From Candidatus Marinacidobacterales bacterium (GTDB lineage: Bacteria; Acidobacteriota; Vicinamibacteria; Marinacidobacterales; DATDRI01), in contig OZ244742.1 in NCBI GenBank assembly GCA_965219415.1, positions 480,001 to 544,000 of the forward strand: a stretch of 64,000 nucleotides of DNA, written 5' to 3'. Made by a program: the position numbers and the translations under genes. Every line of letters begins with the position of its first letter. Position 1 is the stretch's first letter. Shown here piece after piece: positions 21,278 to 32,169 of this stretch. The notes beneath the pieces were generated by a model. The model saw nothing but the letters and a program-made list of their open reading frames with translations. It searched no databases and had not been told where the DNA came from.

Positions 21278-22459
21278 ATGAGCACCGACACTCAAACCCC
21301 CGCCGACAAAACCCAGCTGGGCCTCACCGTACTCACCGAAGAGGAAAAGATGTTTCGTGGCATGGTGCGAGAGTTCGCCGAGAAAGAAATCGACCCGCTG
21401 GTTTCCGCCATGGATCGTGAAATGGCGTTCGACACCTCTCTGGTAGGAAAGTTCTTCGAGCTGGGCTTGATGGGTATCGAGATCCCGGAAGCCCATGGTG
21501 GCTCCGGTTCCAGTTTCTTTATGGCGGTCCTAGCGGTGGAAGAGATCTCGCGCGTAGACGCCTCGTTGGGTGTTTTCATGGACGTTCAGAACACCCTGGT
21601 GAATAACGCCCTGATTCGTTGGGGCTCGGAAGATCAGAAGAAGCGCTACTTGCCGCGACTCGCCTCCGACACCGTTGGGGCCTACGCGCTTTCGGAGCCG
21701 GAGTCGGGCAGCGACGCCTTTGCCCTCTCGTGCCGTGCCGTTGAAGACGGAGAGGACTATCGACTGACCGGAAACAAGTTGTGGATTACCAACGGGGCCG
21801 AGGCCGGCGTTTTCATCGTTTTCGCCAATATCAACCCTGAGGCAGGGTACCGCGGCATCACCGCCTTTCTAGTAGAACGCGACTTCCCCGGATTCACGGT
21901 CGGGGAGAAGGAAGACAAACTTGGGATTCGCGCCTCGAGTACGACTGAGCTGATCTTGAACGACTGCAAGATCCCCAAGGCCAACGTACTTGGAGAGCCC
22001 GGCAAGGGTTACAAGATAGCCATCGAGACATTGAACGAGGGGCGAATCGGCATAGGTGCACAAATGATCGGGGTCGCCCGCGGCTCCCTCGAGCACGGCA
22101 TCGGCTACGCGAAGGAACGGCAGGCTTTCGGTCAGCCCATCGCTAAATTTCAGGGCATCCAGTTTCAGATCGCCCAATGCGCCACCGAGCTGGAGGCAGC
22201 TCGACTCATGGTCTACAACGCCGCCCGGCTCCGCGACGCCGGACGGCCGTTCGTCGTCGAAGCGGCGATGTCCAAGCTCTTTTCCTCCGACGTGGCGGAG
22301 CGGGTAACTTCGCAGGTCATCGAGATCTATGGAGGCTACGGCTATAGTAAGGACTTCCCAGCAGAAAAGTACTGGAGGGATGCCAAGATCGGCAAGATCT
22401 ACGAAGGCACCTCAAACATGCAGCTCAATACCATCGCCAAGTACCTCCTCGGCAAATAG
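21278..22459 (+). CDS. Acyl-CoA dehydrogenase (short/branched-chain-like)
   Basis: YALSEPESGSDA, KLWITN, KLGIRASST, KIYEGTSN. Confidence 0.95.
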   Translation: MSTDTQTPADKTQLGLTVLTEEEKMFRGMVREFAEKEIDPLVSAMDREMAFDTSLVGKFFELGLMGIEIPEAHGGSGSSFFMAVLAVEEISRVDASLGVFMDVQNTLVNNALIRWGSEDQKKRYLPRLASDTVGAYALSEPESGSDAFALSCRAVEDGEDYRLTGNKLWITNGAEAGVFIVFANINPEAGYRGITAFLVERDFPGFTVGEKEDKLGIRASSTTELILNDCKIPKANVLGEPGKGYKIAIETLNEGRIGIGAQMIGVARGSLEHGIGYAKERQAFGQPIAKFQGIQFQIAQCATELEAARLMVYNAARLRDAGRPFVVEAAMSKLFSSDVAERVTSQVIEIYGGYGYSKDFPAEKYWRDAKIGKIYEGTSNMQLNTIAKYLLGK

Positions 22460-22462
22460 CGG

Positions 22463-23218
22463 TCAACCCTCATTCAGGATATCGGTCATCGCGCCAGTGA
22501 ATCGGTCGATGTCCTCTTTATCGTTGTAGAAGTGTAGAGCCACTCGCAACCCATTACGTCGCGCCGCGACGAGAATATTCTTCTCCTGGAGTTGGGTGGC
22601 TACCCTCTTCGGCTCAGGGACTTTCAGAACAGTAATGCCAGAGCGGCGCTCGCGATCTCGCGGCGACAAAACCTCTACGCCCAGACCTTCCATTCTTGCG
22701 TGCAGTTCCTCGGTCAAATCGTGAACGCGAGCCTCGATATGGTGGGGCCCGATCTCCTCCAGGAACCGGAGCGCTCCGCCGAGTGCAAAGACCCCGGCGA
22801 AGGGCATATACCCCAACTCCAGCCCGCGCGCTTCGCTGGTCAAGTCCAGCCGGGTCGACACTAAATCGTAGGGCACGCGCGCGCTTCGCCAACCGACCTG
22901 AGGAAGGGTTCGAGACTCGAGTAATTCCCTTCGTACGTAGAGCGGGGCAATTCCATAGGCTGCAGTGGTCCACTTGTAGCAGCTAAACACCAATGCATCG
23001 ATGGGACCACGCTGCATGTCAATAGGAAACGCACCGAAACCCTGCGTCGCATCGACCACCAGCAGCATTTCCCGAGCACGGCAAATCTCGCCCAAACGCG
23101 CCAGGTCGTAACGAAAGCCGGTGGCAAACTGAACGAAACTGATTACCAGGTATCGAGTTCCAGGCCCTAACGCGTCCTCGATCTCCTTGTAATCCGGCGC
23201 CCCACTCGAACCGGACTG
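22463..23218 (-). pseudogene. Class V PLP aminotransferase/cysteine-desulfurase-like, 5' end deleted
   Basis: VDATQ, SCYKW, RVALHFYN present; N-terminal part absent, sequence switches to the opposite-strand gene at about 23219. Confidence 0.8.
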
Positions 23219-23968
23219 CAGGGGCATCGTCACCGCGTCGGCGGGCAATCATGGCCAAGCCATCGCCTTCGTCTCGTCTCACCAGAAGATCCCCGGCTGC
23301 GTGGTGATGCCGAACGGGGCGAACCGCAGCAAAGTGCGAGCCGTCAAGGAGTACGGCGCGGAGGCGATCCTTTACGGGAAGTTCTGGGACGACGCGTATG
23401 CACATTCTATCGAGCTCGCAGAGGAGAAAGGCCCAGTTTACGTCCATCCTTTCAAGGACCGCCACATCATGGCCGGTCAGGGCACGATCGCCGGCGAGAT
23501 TCTCGAAGACCTTCCGGACCTCGAGGCGATTCTGATTCCCATCGGAGGGGGTGGCCTCATCTCCGGAATTGCGATGGCGTTGCGCCTGGCGCAACCGCGA
23601 GTGCGAATCATCGGCATCGAGCCAGAAGGCGCAGCCAACATGACGACCAGTCGCGGCAGAGGGACGGTGACTCAGTTCGAACAAGTGACCACGATTGCCG
23701 ATGGACTCGCCACCAAGGGAACCGATCCAGAGCTTTTCGATGCATCGATCGCCTCGTAGATGACCTCGTAGTCGTGTCCGACCAAGAGATACGTGCAGCG
23801 ATCCCGCTGCTCATGGAGAGGGCCAAGCTCGTCGCTGAGCCAGCGGGAGCGGCTACGGTAGCAGCACTACTAGCGGGAAGGGTCTCGTTGCCGGAAGGCA
23901 CTAGGACGGTTGCCCTGGTGAGTGGCGGCAACTTGGATGTGGCCGGAGCAGTTTCACTTACCGTTTGA
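23219..23968 (+). pseudogene. Threonine/serine dehydratase, 5' end deleted and frameshifted near 23750
   Basis: GIVTASAGNHGQ, GQGTIA, PIGGGGLISG, TIADGLA, EPAGA, SGGN; no N-terminal SFK PLP-lysine region. Confidence 0.85.
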
Positions 23969-24165
23969 GATAGTCGCCAGATACGATTCTCCGCTTGCCG
24001 CGGATCTCACCTCGATAGAAATAGACCCAGGCCTCGACGCTCGAGCCATCTTCCAACTGCACCTCTAACTCCGGTTCCTCTTCGAAGAACTCGCGGAGAT
24101 CCTTGCGGGCGGCCTCTTCTGAGGGCCCCGTAGACGAAAACGCTGCGGCAGGGTTGTCCGGTCAA
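23958..24165 (-). pseudogene. Gamma-glutamylcyclotransferase (AIG2-like) remnant
   Basis: Not in ORF track. VFVYGALRRG at the start and VEAWVYFY...IVSGDY at the end, in different frames, middle missing. Confidence 0.65.
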
Positions 24166-24175
24166 AGGCTATTTG

Positions 24176-25303
24176 CTACCAACCACGGACCGGTTTCCAC
24201 TCATCGACAACCTCGGCATCCAGAACAACGTGGTACCGGTCATAGAGTGCCGAGGCCAAGCAAGAGTGATTGGGCACTACGCGCATTTGGGTACCAATGG
24301 AGAGCTCTTCGAAGTCGATGGCTGTCACGCCGCGCACCTGCCCATGTTCCTGAGAGATGGAAGCCAGACGCAAGTCCGGGAAGGCGTGTCGACCGTCGGA
24401 TGCAAACAACCTACCGTACCCGCAGTCAGGGTCCACGTGGCGCGGACCGGGGTCCATAGAGAATGCCAGGCCGCCCGCGTTGATGACAACTTTGTTCTGC
24501 TCCGGATAGTGACCCACGACCGTAACCAGCACCGAAAAGGCCAGGTCTTCCGGAGAACAGCTCCCGATGGCCGCCTGGAATCCGTCATAGAGTGCGTAGT
24601 TTCCTGGACGAGCCTCGGTGACCCCTTCCAGGCTGTCGGTCACCGACATGGTGGGCGTCGAACCGATGCTCACTTCCGGGATGTCCACACCCGCGCCGCG
24701 GAGCTTCCATGCAAACTGGGCAGTCACCTCCCGCTCTTGACGAGCGACCGTCAGGACCTCATCGCGATTGCGACAATCGTAGGAATGGCCGGCGTGAGTC
24801 AGGATGCCACGAAAATCGACGTGCGGCGACCCCGCCAGCTTGGACGCGAGGGCGATACTTTCTTCTCGAGCCGGGTCCACACCGGCGCGATGATACCCGC
24901 AATCGACTTTTAGGAGCACCGGGAAGCGAATCCCTTTTGCCGCAGCGCAAGTTTCCAGCTCACGAAATGTAGCCTCGTGATCAACCAACAAGTTCAAATT
25001 TTCGACGCTCTGACCAAGCTCTGCCGCCTCCTCGAGTCGGGAAAGCGGTACCGGGAAAGCGTAGGTCAGGTCTCGGAAACCCGCAGCGGCAAAGAATCGG
25101 GCTTCGGCCAGGGTCGAGACGGTGATTCCCCCAAAATGACCGCGCACCTGCAGCCGAGCTATTTCCACACACTTGTGTGTCTTGACGTGCGGTCGAAGTC
25201 GCGCACCGAGATCACGGACCCGCTCGGCCATACGGGCCGTGTTGCGCTCCACGATCTTTCGCTCCACTAGCGCGGCGGGCGTCTTTAGCTCTTCGAGCTT
25301 CAT
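24176..25303 (-). CDS. DSD1/D-threonine aldolase family PLP enzyme (alanine racemase fold)
   Basis: TPAALV, LRPHVKTHK, HAGHSY, GSTPT, RPGNY, SQEHG, PNHSC. Confidence 0.9.
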   Translation of the reverse strand: MKLEELKTPAALVERKIVERNTARMAERVRDLGARLRPHVKTHKCVEIARLQVRGHFGGITVSTLAEARFFAAAGFRDLTYAFPVPLSRLEEAAELGQSVENLNLLVDHEATFRELETCAAAKGIRFPVLLKVDCGYHRAGVDPAREESIALASKLAGSPHVDFRGILTHAGHSYDCRNRDEVLTVARQEREVTAQFAWKLRGAGVDIPEVSIGSTPTMSVTDSLEGVTEARPGNYALYDGFQAAIGSCSPEDLAFSVLVTVVGHYPEQNKVVINAGGLAFSMDPGPRHVDPDCGYGRLFASDGRHAFPDLRLASISQEHGQVRGVTAIDFEELSIGTQMRVVPNHSCLASALYDRYHVVLDAEVVDEWKPVRGW

Positions 25304-25392
25304 CGACCGAGAGCATACCAGAACTTCGCTGCCCCTCGAAGTCAACCGCATTCTGATCTACTCTTTGGACCGGGATACAAGTTCTCACGGTC

Positions 25393-26685
25393 ATGGACAT
25401 GGAAAAGAAGAGCACAGCCCGTCTAGCACGGGAAAGAAAGGCACTCTCCCGACTTCAGCTGATCAAGTTGAACCGCGGGCTCGGTCGCTTGAGGCGGAGA
25501 AATCGCTTCTACCAAGCGAAGTTCGAAAACACGAAACTACCCTTGGTCAGCACGGAAGACATCGTTTCTCTCCCCTTTACGACCAAAGCCGAGCTCGTCA
25601 TCGACCAAAACGAGCACCCACCGCACGGAACGAATCTCACTTCGCCTCTCGCGCGATATACACGTGTCCACGCAACTTCCGGCACCACTGGTCGTAAGCT
25701 CAAGTGGCTAGACACGGATCGCACTTGGGCATGGTTCGTCCGCTGCTGGCAGGAGATCTATCAGGCGGCTGGCCTCGATCGCGACGATGTCGTCTTCGCT
25801 GCCTTCGGGTTCGGTCCCTTCATCGGATTCTGGGGCGGCTTCGAGGCCGCCCGGGGACTCGGCGCGATGGTTGTATCCGGCGGCGCGCAGAGTTCGCTGC
25901 AACGCATCGATTGGATCCGCGACAGCCGAGCCACGGTTCTCCTCGCCACGCCCACCTACGCGCTTCGCTTGGCGGAGGTAGCGCGTGAGAACGGGGTCGA
26001 CCTCGCGTCCGGCTCTGTGAGGATGACGATACACGCCGGAGAGCCTGGTGCCAGCATCCCCGCGACTCGACGCCGGATTGAGGAGGCTTGGGGCGCTCGT
26101 GCGTTCGACCACGCGGGCTCCACCGAGGTTGGCGCCTGGGGGTATGAATGCCCCGCCGGCTCCGGCATGCATCTGCTGGAGTCGGACTTCATCGGAGAGG
26201 TGTTAGAGCTCGGCGGCGAGCGCCCGGTTGGACCCGGTGAGAGTGGAGAGCTCGTTCTGAGCAATCTCGGCCGCTGGGATATGCCGGTCGTGCGCTACCG
26301 AACCGGCGATATCGTACGGTTGGGAGCGGAGGCCTGCGAATGCGGTAGCCCCTACGTCTGCTTTCCGGGCGCCGTCCTAGGTCGGGCGGATGACATGATC
26401 CAACTCCGCGGCATGAACGTGTATCCCAGTGCGGTGGAGGAGCTAGTTCAAACCCAAAGCGAAGTCGCGGAGTTCGAAGTGGAGATCTTCCGACATCGCG
26501 AGATGCTGGAGATGGAGATCCGCGTTGAAGTGCAGCCGGACAACAGAAAAGACGCCGTGTGTACGGAATTGTCTCGGATGCTTGCGACGAGACTCGGATT
26601 AAAGGCCAGTGTTCGACCGGTGGCAGCAGGGAGTCTACCGCGATACGAATTAAAGGCTCGACGCTTCAAGTTTCGTGAGGAGTGA
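25393..26685 (+). CDS. Phenylacetate-CoA ligase (PaaK)-like adenylate-forming enzyme
   Basis: LPFTTK, TSGTTG, AGEPG, RYRTGD, GRADDM, NVYPS. Confidence 0.88.
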   Translation: MDMEKKSTARLARERKALSRLQLIKLNRGLGRLRRRNRFYQAKFENTKLPLVSTEDIVSLPFTTKAELVIDQNEHPPHGTNLTSPLARYTRVHATSGTTGRKLKWLDTDRTWAWFVRCWQEIYQAAGLDRDDVVFAAFGFGPFIGFWGGFEAARGLGAMVVSGGAQSSLQRIDWIRDSRATVLLATPTYALRLAEVARENGVDLASGSVRMTIHAGEPGASIPATRRRIEEAWGARAFDHAGSTEVGAWGYECPAGSGMHLLESDFIGEVLELGGERPVGPGESGELVLSNLGRWDMPVVRYRTGDIVRLGAEACECGSPYVCFPGAVLGRADDMIQLRGMNVYPSAVEELVQTQSEVAEFEVEIFRHREMLEMEIRVEVQPDNRKDAVCTELSRMLATRLGLKASVRPVAAGSLPRYELKARRFKFREE

Positions 26686-26993
26686 ACCTGCTCCATCATC
26701 AATACGCGGTTGCTGAGCTCAAGCACGGCAGGACGGCGTTTCGAAAAGAATGAAATCGCCGCTGTTCGCGGGGGTTCGCACACACGCGCGTAGGGAAACC
26801 CCCATGCATCCAAGTAAGTGACGGCCGTCACCGTACCTGTCGAAGCGCTAAACCGAGTCCCTCCGGAAACCCGATCACACGGACTAATAAACTCATTTCA
26901 AAAGACTTCTCGTCAGGACGAGACCCACCTCCACCATCACGTGGGTGTGTTGGAATGGATCTTGTACTTAGAAGTTGGTCAGGAAGGATTATT

Positions 26994-27566
26994 ATGGCCA
27001 CGACGAGCGTCCCCATCGTTCAGGTGTTCAAGCAGTACTCCACCTTGTTTCAGATGCGAAACCTCCAAGGCGGAGAGCTCGACCCGAGACTCGAGAAAGA
27101 GTGGCAGCAAATCGTCTTCACTCTGGACAGCATCTTCCCTGGAATGTACCAACCCAATGTGAGTGATAGGGGCGCAGAGAAACCACAGCGGTCCGATGTA
27201 AGAAGTCACATACCGATCGAGTATCTCCGGGTGCCCACGGAAGTGGACGTGCTCTGCGAGAAGCCGCTCAATTTCTTCTCCGGTCGACTCCAGGACATCA
27301 GCACCGGCGGAGCCTACGTGCACGCCATGGTTCCGTTCCCGGAAGGCAGTTGGCTACGCCTGACGTTTTGTACGTTTCGAGACGAGATGCCTCTCGAGCT
27401 CGAAGGACGGGTGGCCTGGAAGAACCCTGCGGCGGGGCGCAAGAATACTCTGCTCGAGGGTGCCGGCGTTCAGTTCCTAAACTTCGACGAGAGAAGCCGC
27501 GGTCGACTTAGTAACTATGTCTACGAGTTGGTAGAAGACACGCTGACCAAGGCGAATCTACTCTAG
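26994..27566 (+). CDS. PilZ-domain protein
   Basis: DISTGG motif, GRVAW, GAGVQF; AGGAAGG RBS before the ATG at 26994. Confidence 0.8.
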   Translation: MATTSVPIVQVFKQYSTLFQMRNLQGGELDPRLEKEWQQIVFTLDSIFPGMYQPNVSDRGAEKPQRSDVRSHIPIEYLRVPTEVDVLCEKPLNFFSGRLQDISTGGAYVHAMVPFPEGSWLRLTFCTFRDEMPLELEGRVAWKNPAAGRKNTLLEGAGVQFLNFDERSRGRLSNYVYELVEDTLTKANLL

Positions 27567-27652
27567 CCTGGCTTCGCTCTTTCCTTCCCACCTCCTCGCC
27601 TTCTCGCCTAACGCTTGCCCCCATGGGCTATTTTCGTTCATGATTCCCACTC

Positions 27653-28102
27653 ATGGGTCAGGATCCGTTCGGCCATTGGATAGACGCCGCGCTCGCTCAG
27701 GCAGAAGAGTCGTGGGCGCAGGGAGGCATTCCGATCGGCTCCGTCCTGGTGGACCAGGAAGGCCACATCGTCGCGCGGGGCCACAACGAACGCGTCCAGA
27801 GTGGTGATCCGACCGCCCACGCCGAAGTCGTGTGCGTCCGGAACGCCGGGAGAAGGCGCGACTGGACGCAGCTCACCCTGGTCTCGACGCTCAGCCCCTG
27901 CTCCATGTGCTCGGGCACCGCTATCCTCTTCCAGATCCCGCGGGTCATCATCGGAGAGAACCGTACGTTCATGGGAGCCGAGGACTGGATGCGAAACAAC
28001 GATGTCGAGCTAGTGCTCCTAGACGATCCCCGTTGCGTCCGCCTCATGGAACGCCTGCAGCGTGAAAAACCCGACCTTTGGGCCGAGGATATTGGGGAGT
28101 AG
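27653..28102 (+). CDS. Nucleoside/cytosine deaminase (zinc, CDA fold)
   Basis: GIPIGS, HAE, LSPCSMC, GENRTF. Confidence 0.9.
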   Translation: MGQDPFGHWIDAALAQAEESWAQGGIPIGSVLVDQEGHIVARGHNERVQSGDPTAHAEVVCVRNAGRRRDWTQLTLVSTLSPCSMCSGTAILFQIPRVIIGENRTFMGAEDWMRNNDVELVLLDDPRCVRLMERLQREKPDLWAEDIGE

Positions 28103-28110
28103 TTTCGTGT

Positions 28111-28800
28111 ATGGGTAAGGATACGCATTTCCCCCCCGAGCTCTTCAAGTTCCTTCGACAACTTCGACGGAACAACGATCGGGAATGATTCAAAGCGAAC
28201 AAGCACCGGTACGAAACGGACGTCCGCGATCCTCTCATCCGCTTCATCACTGCCTTCGCGCCCCGCCTTCACAAGATCAGCCCTTGCTTTGTCGCCGATC
28301 CTAGCCCAGTGGGTGGCTCCATGTTCCGTATCTACCGAGACACCCGCTTCTCCAAAGACAAGAGCCCTTACAAAACAATGGCAGCGACCCAATTCAGGCA
28401 CGAAGAAGGCAAAGACGTGCATGCGCCGGGGTTCTACCTACATCTCGAGCCGGGCAACGTTTTCGCGGGAGCCGGGCTATGGCACCCCGACACACGAACT
28501 CAGGCGAGGATTCGAGAGGCGATGGTGGAACACCCCACCCGATGGAAGCGCGCGATCTCCACAAAGAGTTTCCGTCAGAACTGTGCGCTGGCGGGCGAAG
28601 CCCTCAAGAGACCGTCGCGCGGCTACGACGCCGAACACCCTTTGGTGGAGGATCTGAAGCGGAAGGATTTTATCGCCGTCACTTCCTTCGATGAGCGCAC
28701 CGCCTGCTCGCGCGAATTTATGAGCCAATTCGTTCGCCCGTGCCGCGCCGCTTCGCCCTTGGTGCAGTTTCTCGCCGAGGCGCTAGGGTTGGCTTACTAG
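28111..28800 (+). pseudogene. DUF2461 (TIGR02453) protein with in-frame TGA
   Basis: NNDRE*FKANK (TGA 28186-28188 at the conserved Trp), FRIYRDTRFSKDKSPYK, PGFYLH. Confidence 0.88.
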
Positions 28801-29198
28801 CTGCCGGAGTCCGGCTCTAGGGTCCGTAAAAGAATCACGTGCTCTTCAACGATCTGCCCGTTTACCAAATGGTCTTGGATGATCCGCTCGAGAACCGGCG
28901 GATCACATCCCCCGTACCAAGCGCCTTCGGGATAGACCACCGCGATGGGCCCCCCTTCGCAAACGCGCAAACAATTGGCCTTGGTGCGGAAGATGCCCCC
29001 GTGCTCGGAAAGACCCAGCTCCTTGAGACGCTGCTTCAGGTAGTTCCACGCGGCAATCGATCGCTCTCTCTCGCTGCACTTGGGCTTAGTCTGATCGCAA
29101 CACAGAAAGATGTGCCGACGGGTGACATGAGCTCCCACCGATTGCGCCGCACGTACTTGGCTCTGGCGAGCTCCCCCACCGCCCCCGGACTCTGCCAT
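28797..29198 (-). CDS. Thioredoxin-like [2Fe-2S] ferredoxin
   Basis: [32 protein letters not shown]. Confidence 0.9.
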   Translation of the reverse strand: MAESGGGGGARQSQVRAAQSVGAHVTRRHIFLCCDQTKPKCSERERSIAAWNYLKQRLKELGLSEHGGIFRTKANCLRVCEGGPIAVVYPEGAWYGGCDPPVLERIIQDHLVNGQIVEEHVILLRTLEPDSGS

Positions 29199-29321
29199 AC
29201 CCTTTGACTATGGCATCCGACCGTCCGGACGGCAACCTCACCAGGCCGTGACTTTTTTGATTGCCTCCACAGCCGTTCGGACGCACAATAGTGTCTTAGA
29301 GAATTTTCTGGGAGAAGAAGT

Positions 29322-31286
29322 TTGGCAAGCAAACCATCAGCGAAGGGTGTGCTCAATGGTGCACGGGCATGGACTGCCAGCGATTCCAGTGAGCTCTACG
29401 ACGTAACCCGGTGGGGCAAGGGTTACTTTTCGGTCGGTGAGAACGGCCACCTTCTTGTGCATCCGAGCAAGGACCCTCGCCAAGCCATCGACTTGCGAGA
29501 GCTCACCGATACCCTCGTGCTACGCGGCATCTCTCCTCCAATCCTGATTCGCTTCGCCGACATCCTTAAGCATCGTCTGGGTGAGATGCATAGTGTTTTC
29601 AAGGAAGCCATGGAGGACCACGGCTACCAGGGAAATTACTGCCACGTCTATCCCATCAAGGTCAACCAGCAGCGTCAGGTCGTGGAAGAGGTCCTCGAAT
29701 TTGGCCGCCCCTACGGATACGGGCTGGAGGCAGGCTCCAAGGCGGAGCTCCTAGCGGTACTCGCCATTGCCGACAACGAGACCCCGATCGTTTGCAACGG
29801 GTTCAAAGACAACGAGTACATCGAGATGGTGATGCTCGCGAAGAAAATCGGCCGCAACGTCATACCCGTGGTGGAGAAGGCCACCGAACTGGACTTCATC
29901 ATTCGCCACTCCCGGCGCGTCGGGGTACGCCCTCGCATCGGCCTGCGCGTCCGGCTGGCGAGCCGAGGTGCCGGCCGGTGGACGGAGTCGGGTGGCTACC
30001 GGTCGAAGTTCGGCCTGACTGCAGGAGAGGCTCTGAGCGCTGTGGAGCGGTTGAAAGAAACCGGCATGGCCGACTGCATCGAGCTACTCCACTTCCACCT
30101 GGGAAGTCAGATCAGCGATATTCGCCAAATCAAGGCCGCGGTGATCGAAGGAGCCCGTATGTATGCGGAGCTGGCTCGCCACGGCGCGGGCATGAAGTTC
30201 ATTGACGTCGGTGGCGGCCTGGGCGTCGACTACGACGGCTCCCAGACCGACTTCGACTCCAGCGTGAACTATACGTTGCAGGAGTACGCGAACGACGTCG
30301 TCTTCCACGTTCAGAACGTGTGCGACGAGGTCGAGATCCCGCACCCCACCATTCTTTCTGAAAGCGGCCGAGCAATCGTCGCGTACCACAGTGTTCTAGT
30401 GTTCGACGTCCTAGGCGTCAGCGAGCTCGGCCCAAGGGAAGACCTGGACCTTCCCAAAGCCTCCGAAGACCACGAGCAGCCTGTCTACGATCTTCAGCAA
30501 ACTCATGACGAGCTCGATGTTGAGAACATTCTGGAAAGCTTCCACGATGCCCAGCAAGCCTTCGACCAAGTGCTGAACCTCTTCAGCCTGGGCTACCTGC
30601 CTCTCGAGCAGCGAGTACTGGCAGAGAACTTGTACTGGAGCATTCGCCGCCGCGTTTCGGAGCTCGCTTCCCAGCTCGAGTACGTGCCCGATGAGTTGGT
30701 GGGGCTCGAGTCGGCCTTATCCGACACGTACTTTTGCAACTTCTCGGTGTTCCAGAGCATGCCGGACGCCTGGGCAATCAAACAGCTCTTTCCGATCATG
30801 CCTATCCAACGCCTCGATGAGAAACCCCGTCGTGAGGCGGTACTCGGTGACATCTCCTGCGACTCCGATGGAAAAGTTGACCGTTTCATCGATCGCCGAG
30901 AGCTGAAGCAAACTCTGTCACTCCACCCTTTCGATGAGCCACCGTACTACATCGGTGCATTTCTCGTCGGCGCCTATCAGGAAATCCTTGGCGACCTCCA
31001 CAACCTTCTTGGAGATACCAACGCCGTTCACGTCAGCCTGGGCGACGACGGCAACGTCATCCTCGACACGGTGATCAAAGGCGACACCGTGCGCGAGGTC
31101 CTGAATTACGTCGAGTTCTCTGCTGAAAGCTTGCTCTCCGACTTCCGCCGGGACGTAGAGGCCGCGTTGAGAGAAGGCAAGATAGGCTACGAAGAATCGG
31201 GCCGCCTCCTGCGCTTCTATGAAGAAGGACTGGAAGGCTACACTTATCTAGAGGAGTCGCACGGCAGGGACTCTTCCGAGTCGTAG
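29322..31286 (+). CDS. speA: Biosynthetic arginine decarboxylase
   Basis: VYPIKVNQ, LEAGSKAEL, HFHLGSQ, DVGGGLGVDYDG, CDSDG, GAYQEILGDLHNL. Confidence 0.97.
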   Translation: MASKPSAKGVLNGARAWTASDSSELYDVTRWGKGYFSVGENGHLLVHPSKDPRQAIDLRELTDTLVLRGISPPILIRFADILKHRLGEMHSVFKEAMEDHGYQGNYCHVYPIKVNQQRQVVEEVLEFGRPYGYGLEAGSKAELLAVLAIADNETPIVCNGFKDNEYIEMVMLAKKIGRNVIPVVEKATELDFIIRHSRRVGVRPRIGLRVRLASRGAGRWTESGGYRSKFGLTAGEALSAVERLKETGMADCIELLHFHLGSQISDIRQIKAAVIEGARMYAELARHGAGMKFIDVGGGLGVDYDGSQTDFDSSVNYTLQEYANDVVFHVQNVCDEVEIPHPTILSESGRAIVAYHSVLVFDVLGVSELGPREDLDLPKASEDHEQPVYDLQQTHDELDVENILESFHDAQQAFDQVLNLFSLGYLPLEQRVLAENLYWSIRRRVSELASQLEYVPDELVGLESALSDTYFCNFSVFQSMPDAWAIKQLFPIMPIQRLDEKPRREAVLGDISCDSDGKVDRFIDRRELKQTLSLHPFDEPPYYIGAFLVGAYQEILGDLHNLLGDTNAVHVSLGDDGNVILDTVIKGDTVREVLNYVEFSAESLLSDFRRDVEAALREGKIGYEESGRLLRFYEEGLEGYTYLEESHGRDSSES

Positions 31287-31299
31287 CACATTCTTCTGC

Positions 31300-31984
31300 T
31301 CAATAGCCCGTACAAAACTGAAAGTGCATGGGGTCCTTCGAGCGATAGGACCAGTCGCCACCCCATTTGAAACCGAAGCTTCGAAACACGTTGACAACTG
31401 CCTGATCCATGTCCCCTTTTCCTCCGGTCCAGTTGCTCTCCGGGTTCAGGTCGATCGAGATGCCCCAGGAGTGAGTGGACAGCTTGCCGTGGCTCCGCTT
31501 GCTGCGGAAATTGAAGCACCCGCCGTACGTTCGAATGGCTCCCCTCAGCCCCTCGACATCGAGCACGGAAAAGACCTCCGCAAACAGTTCTCCTAGACGC
31601 GAGTGGCAATAGAGCGAGCGGACCACTGTCGACGGCTCCCACGACAGTGGGATCGGGAACGGCAGTTGGGTCCTCGCCAGGTACTCCGATTCCCACCTGG
31701 GGTCTAGCGTCCCATCATCTAGGATGAAGTCATAGATATTGCCGAAGGTGGATAGGATTTCTGCCAGGCCATGAGGACGTACCAAGCCGCCGCGGCGCGG
31801 TAGACTCGCCCCCAAAAGCTCCCGCTTCGACGGAATCTCGATCGATTGTCCAACCCCAGATCCGGTCCGGGTCGAGGATGCCGTTGTAAAGCGCTAGCCT
31901 TTCGAGGCACTCCGTCTCCCTGTAGAAACGCTCCGCTATCTTCCTCAGCGTGTCTCGTGTCCTCACCCGATAGATCCGTGCCAT
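31300..31984 (-). pseudogene. LysM + M15-family metallopeptidase (peptidoglycan hydrolase), frameshifted near 31830-31860
   Basis: YRVRTRDTLRKIAERFY...YNGILDPDRI (LysM) in one frame; STHSWGISIDLN, WGGDW, DPMHFQ in another. Confidence 0.8.
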
Positions 31985-32169
31985 AGAGTCTCTCCCGTGT
32001 ATGCCCGATTCTCTTCCCTTCTCGTCCGGAGCGCAGTGATCCAGCCAGCATATTGCAATCTGCAATCCTCCTCGTTTCATTTCTAAACTCCTTGGATAGG
32101 GATGCTGCTCACCGACACCAGGCCGCCCCCAGCGCTACACTGGAACCGGGGTTCCGGCGGAGGTGTGCA

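Noticed and set aside
26686-26993. Possible c-di-GMP riboswitch upstream of the PilZ gene
   Set aside because: Could not find the GEMM two-hairpin/tetraloop-receptor pattern by eye; an Rfam scan would settle it.
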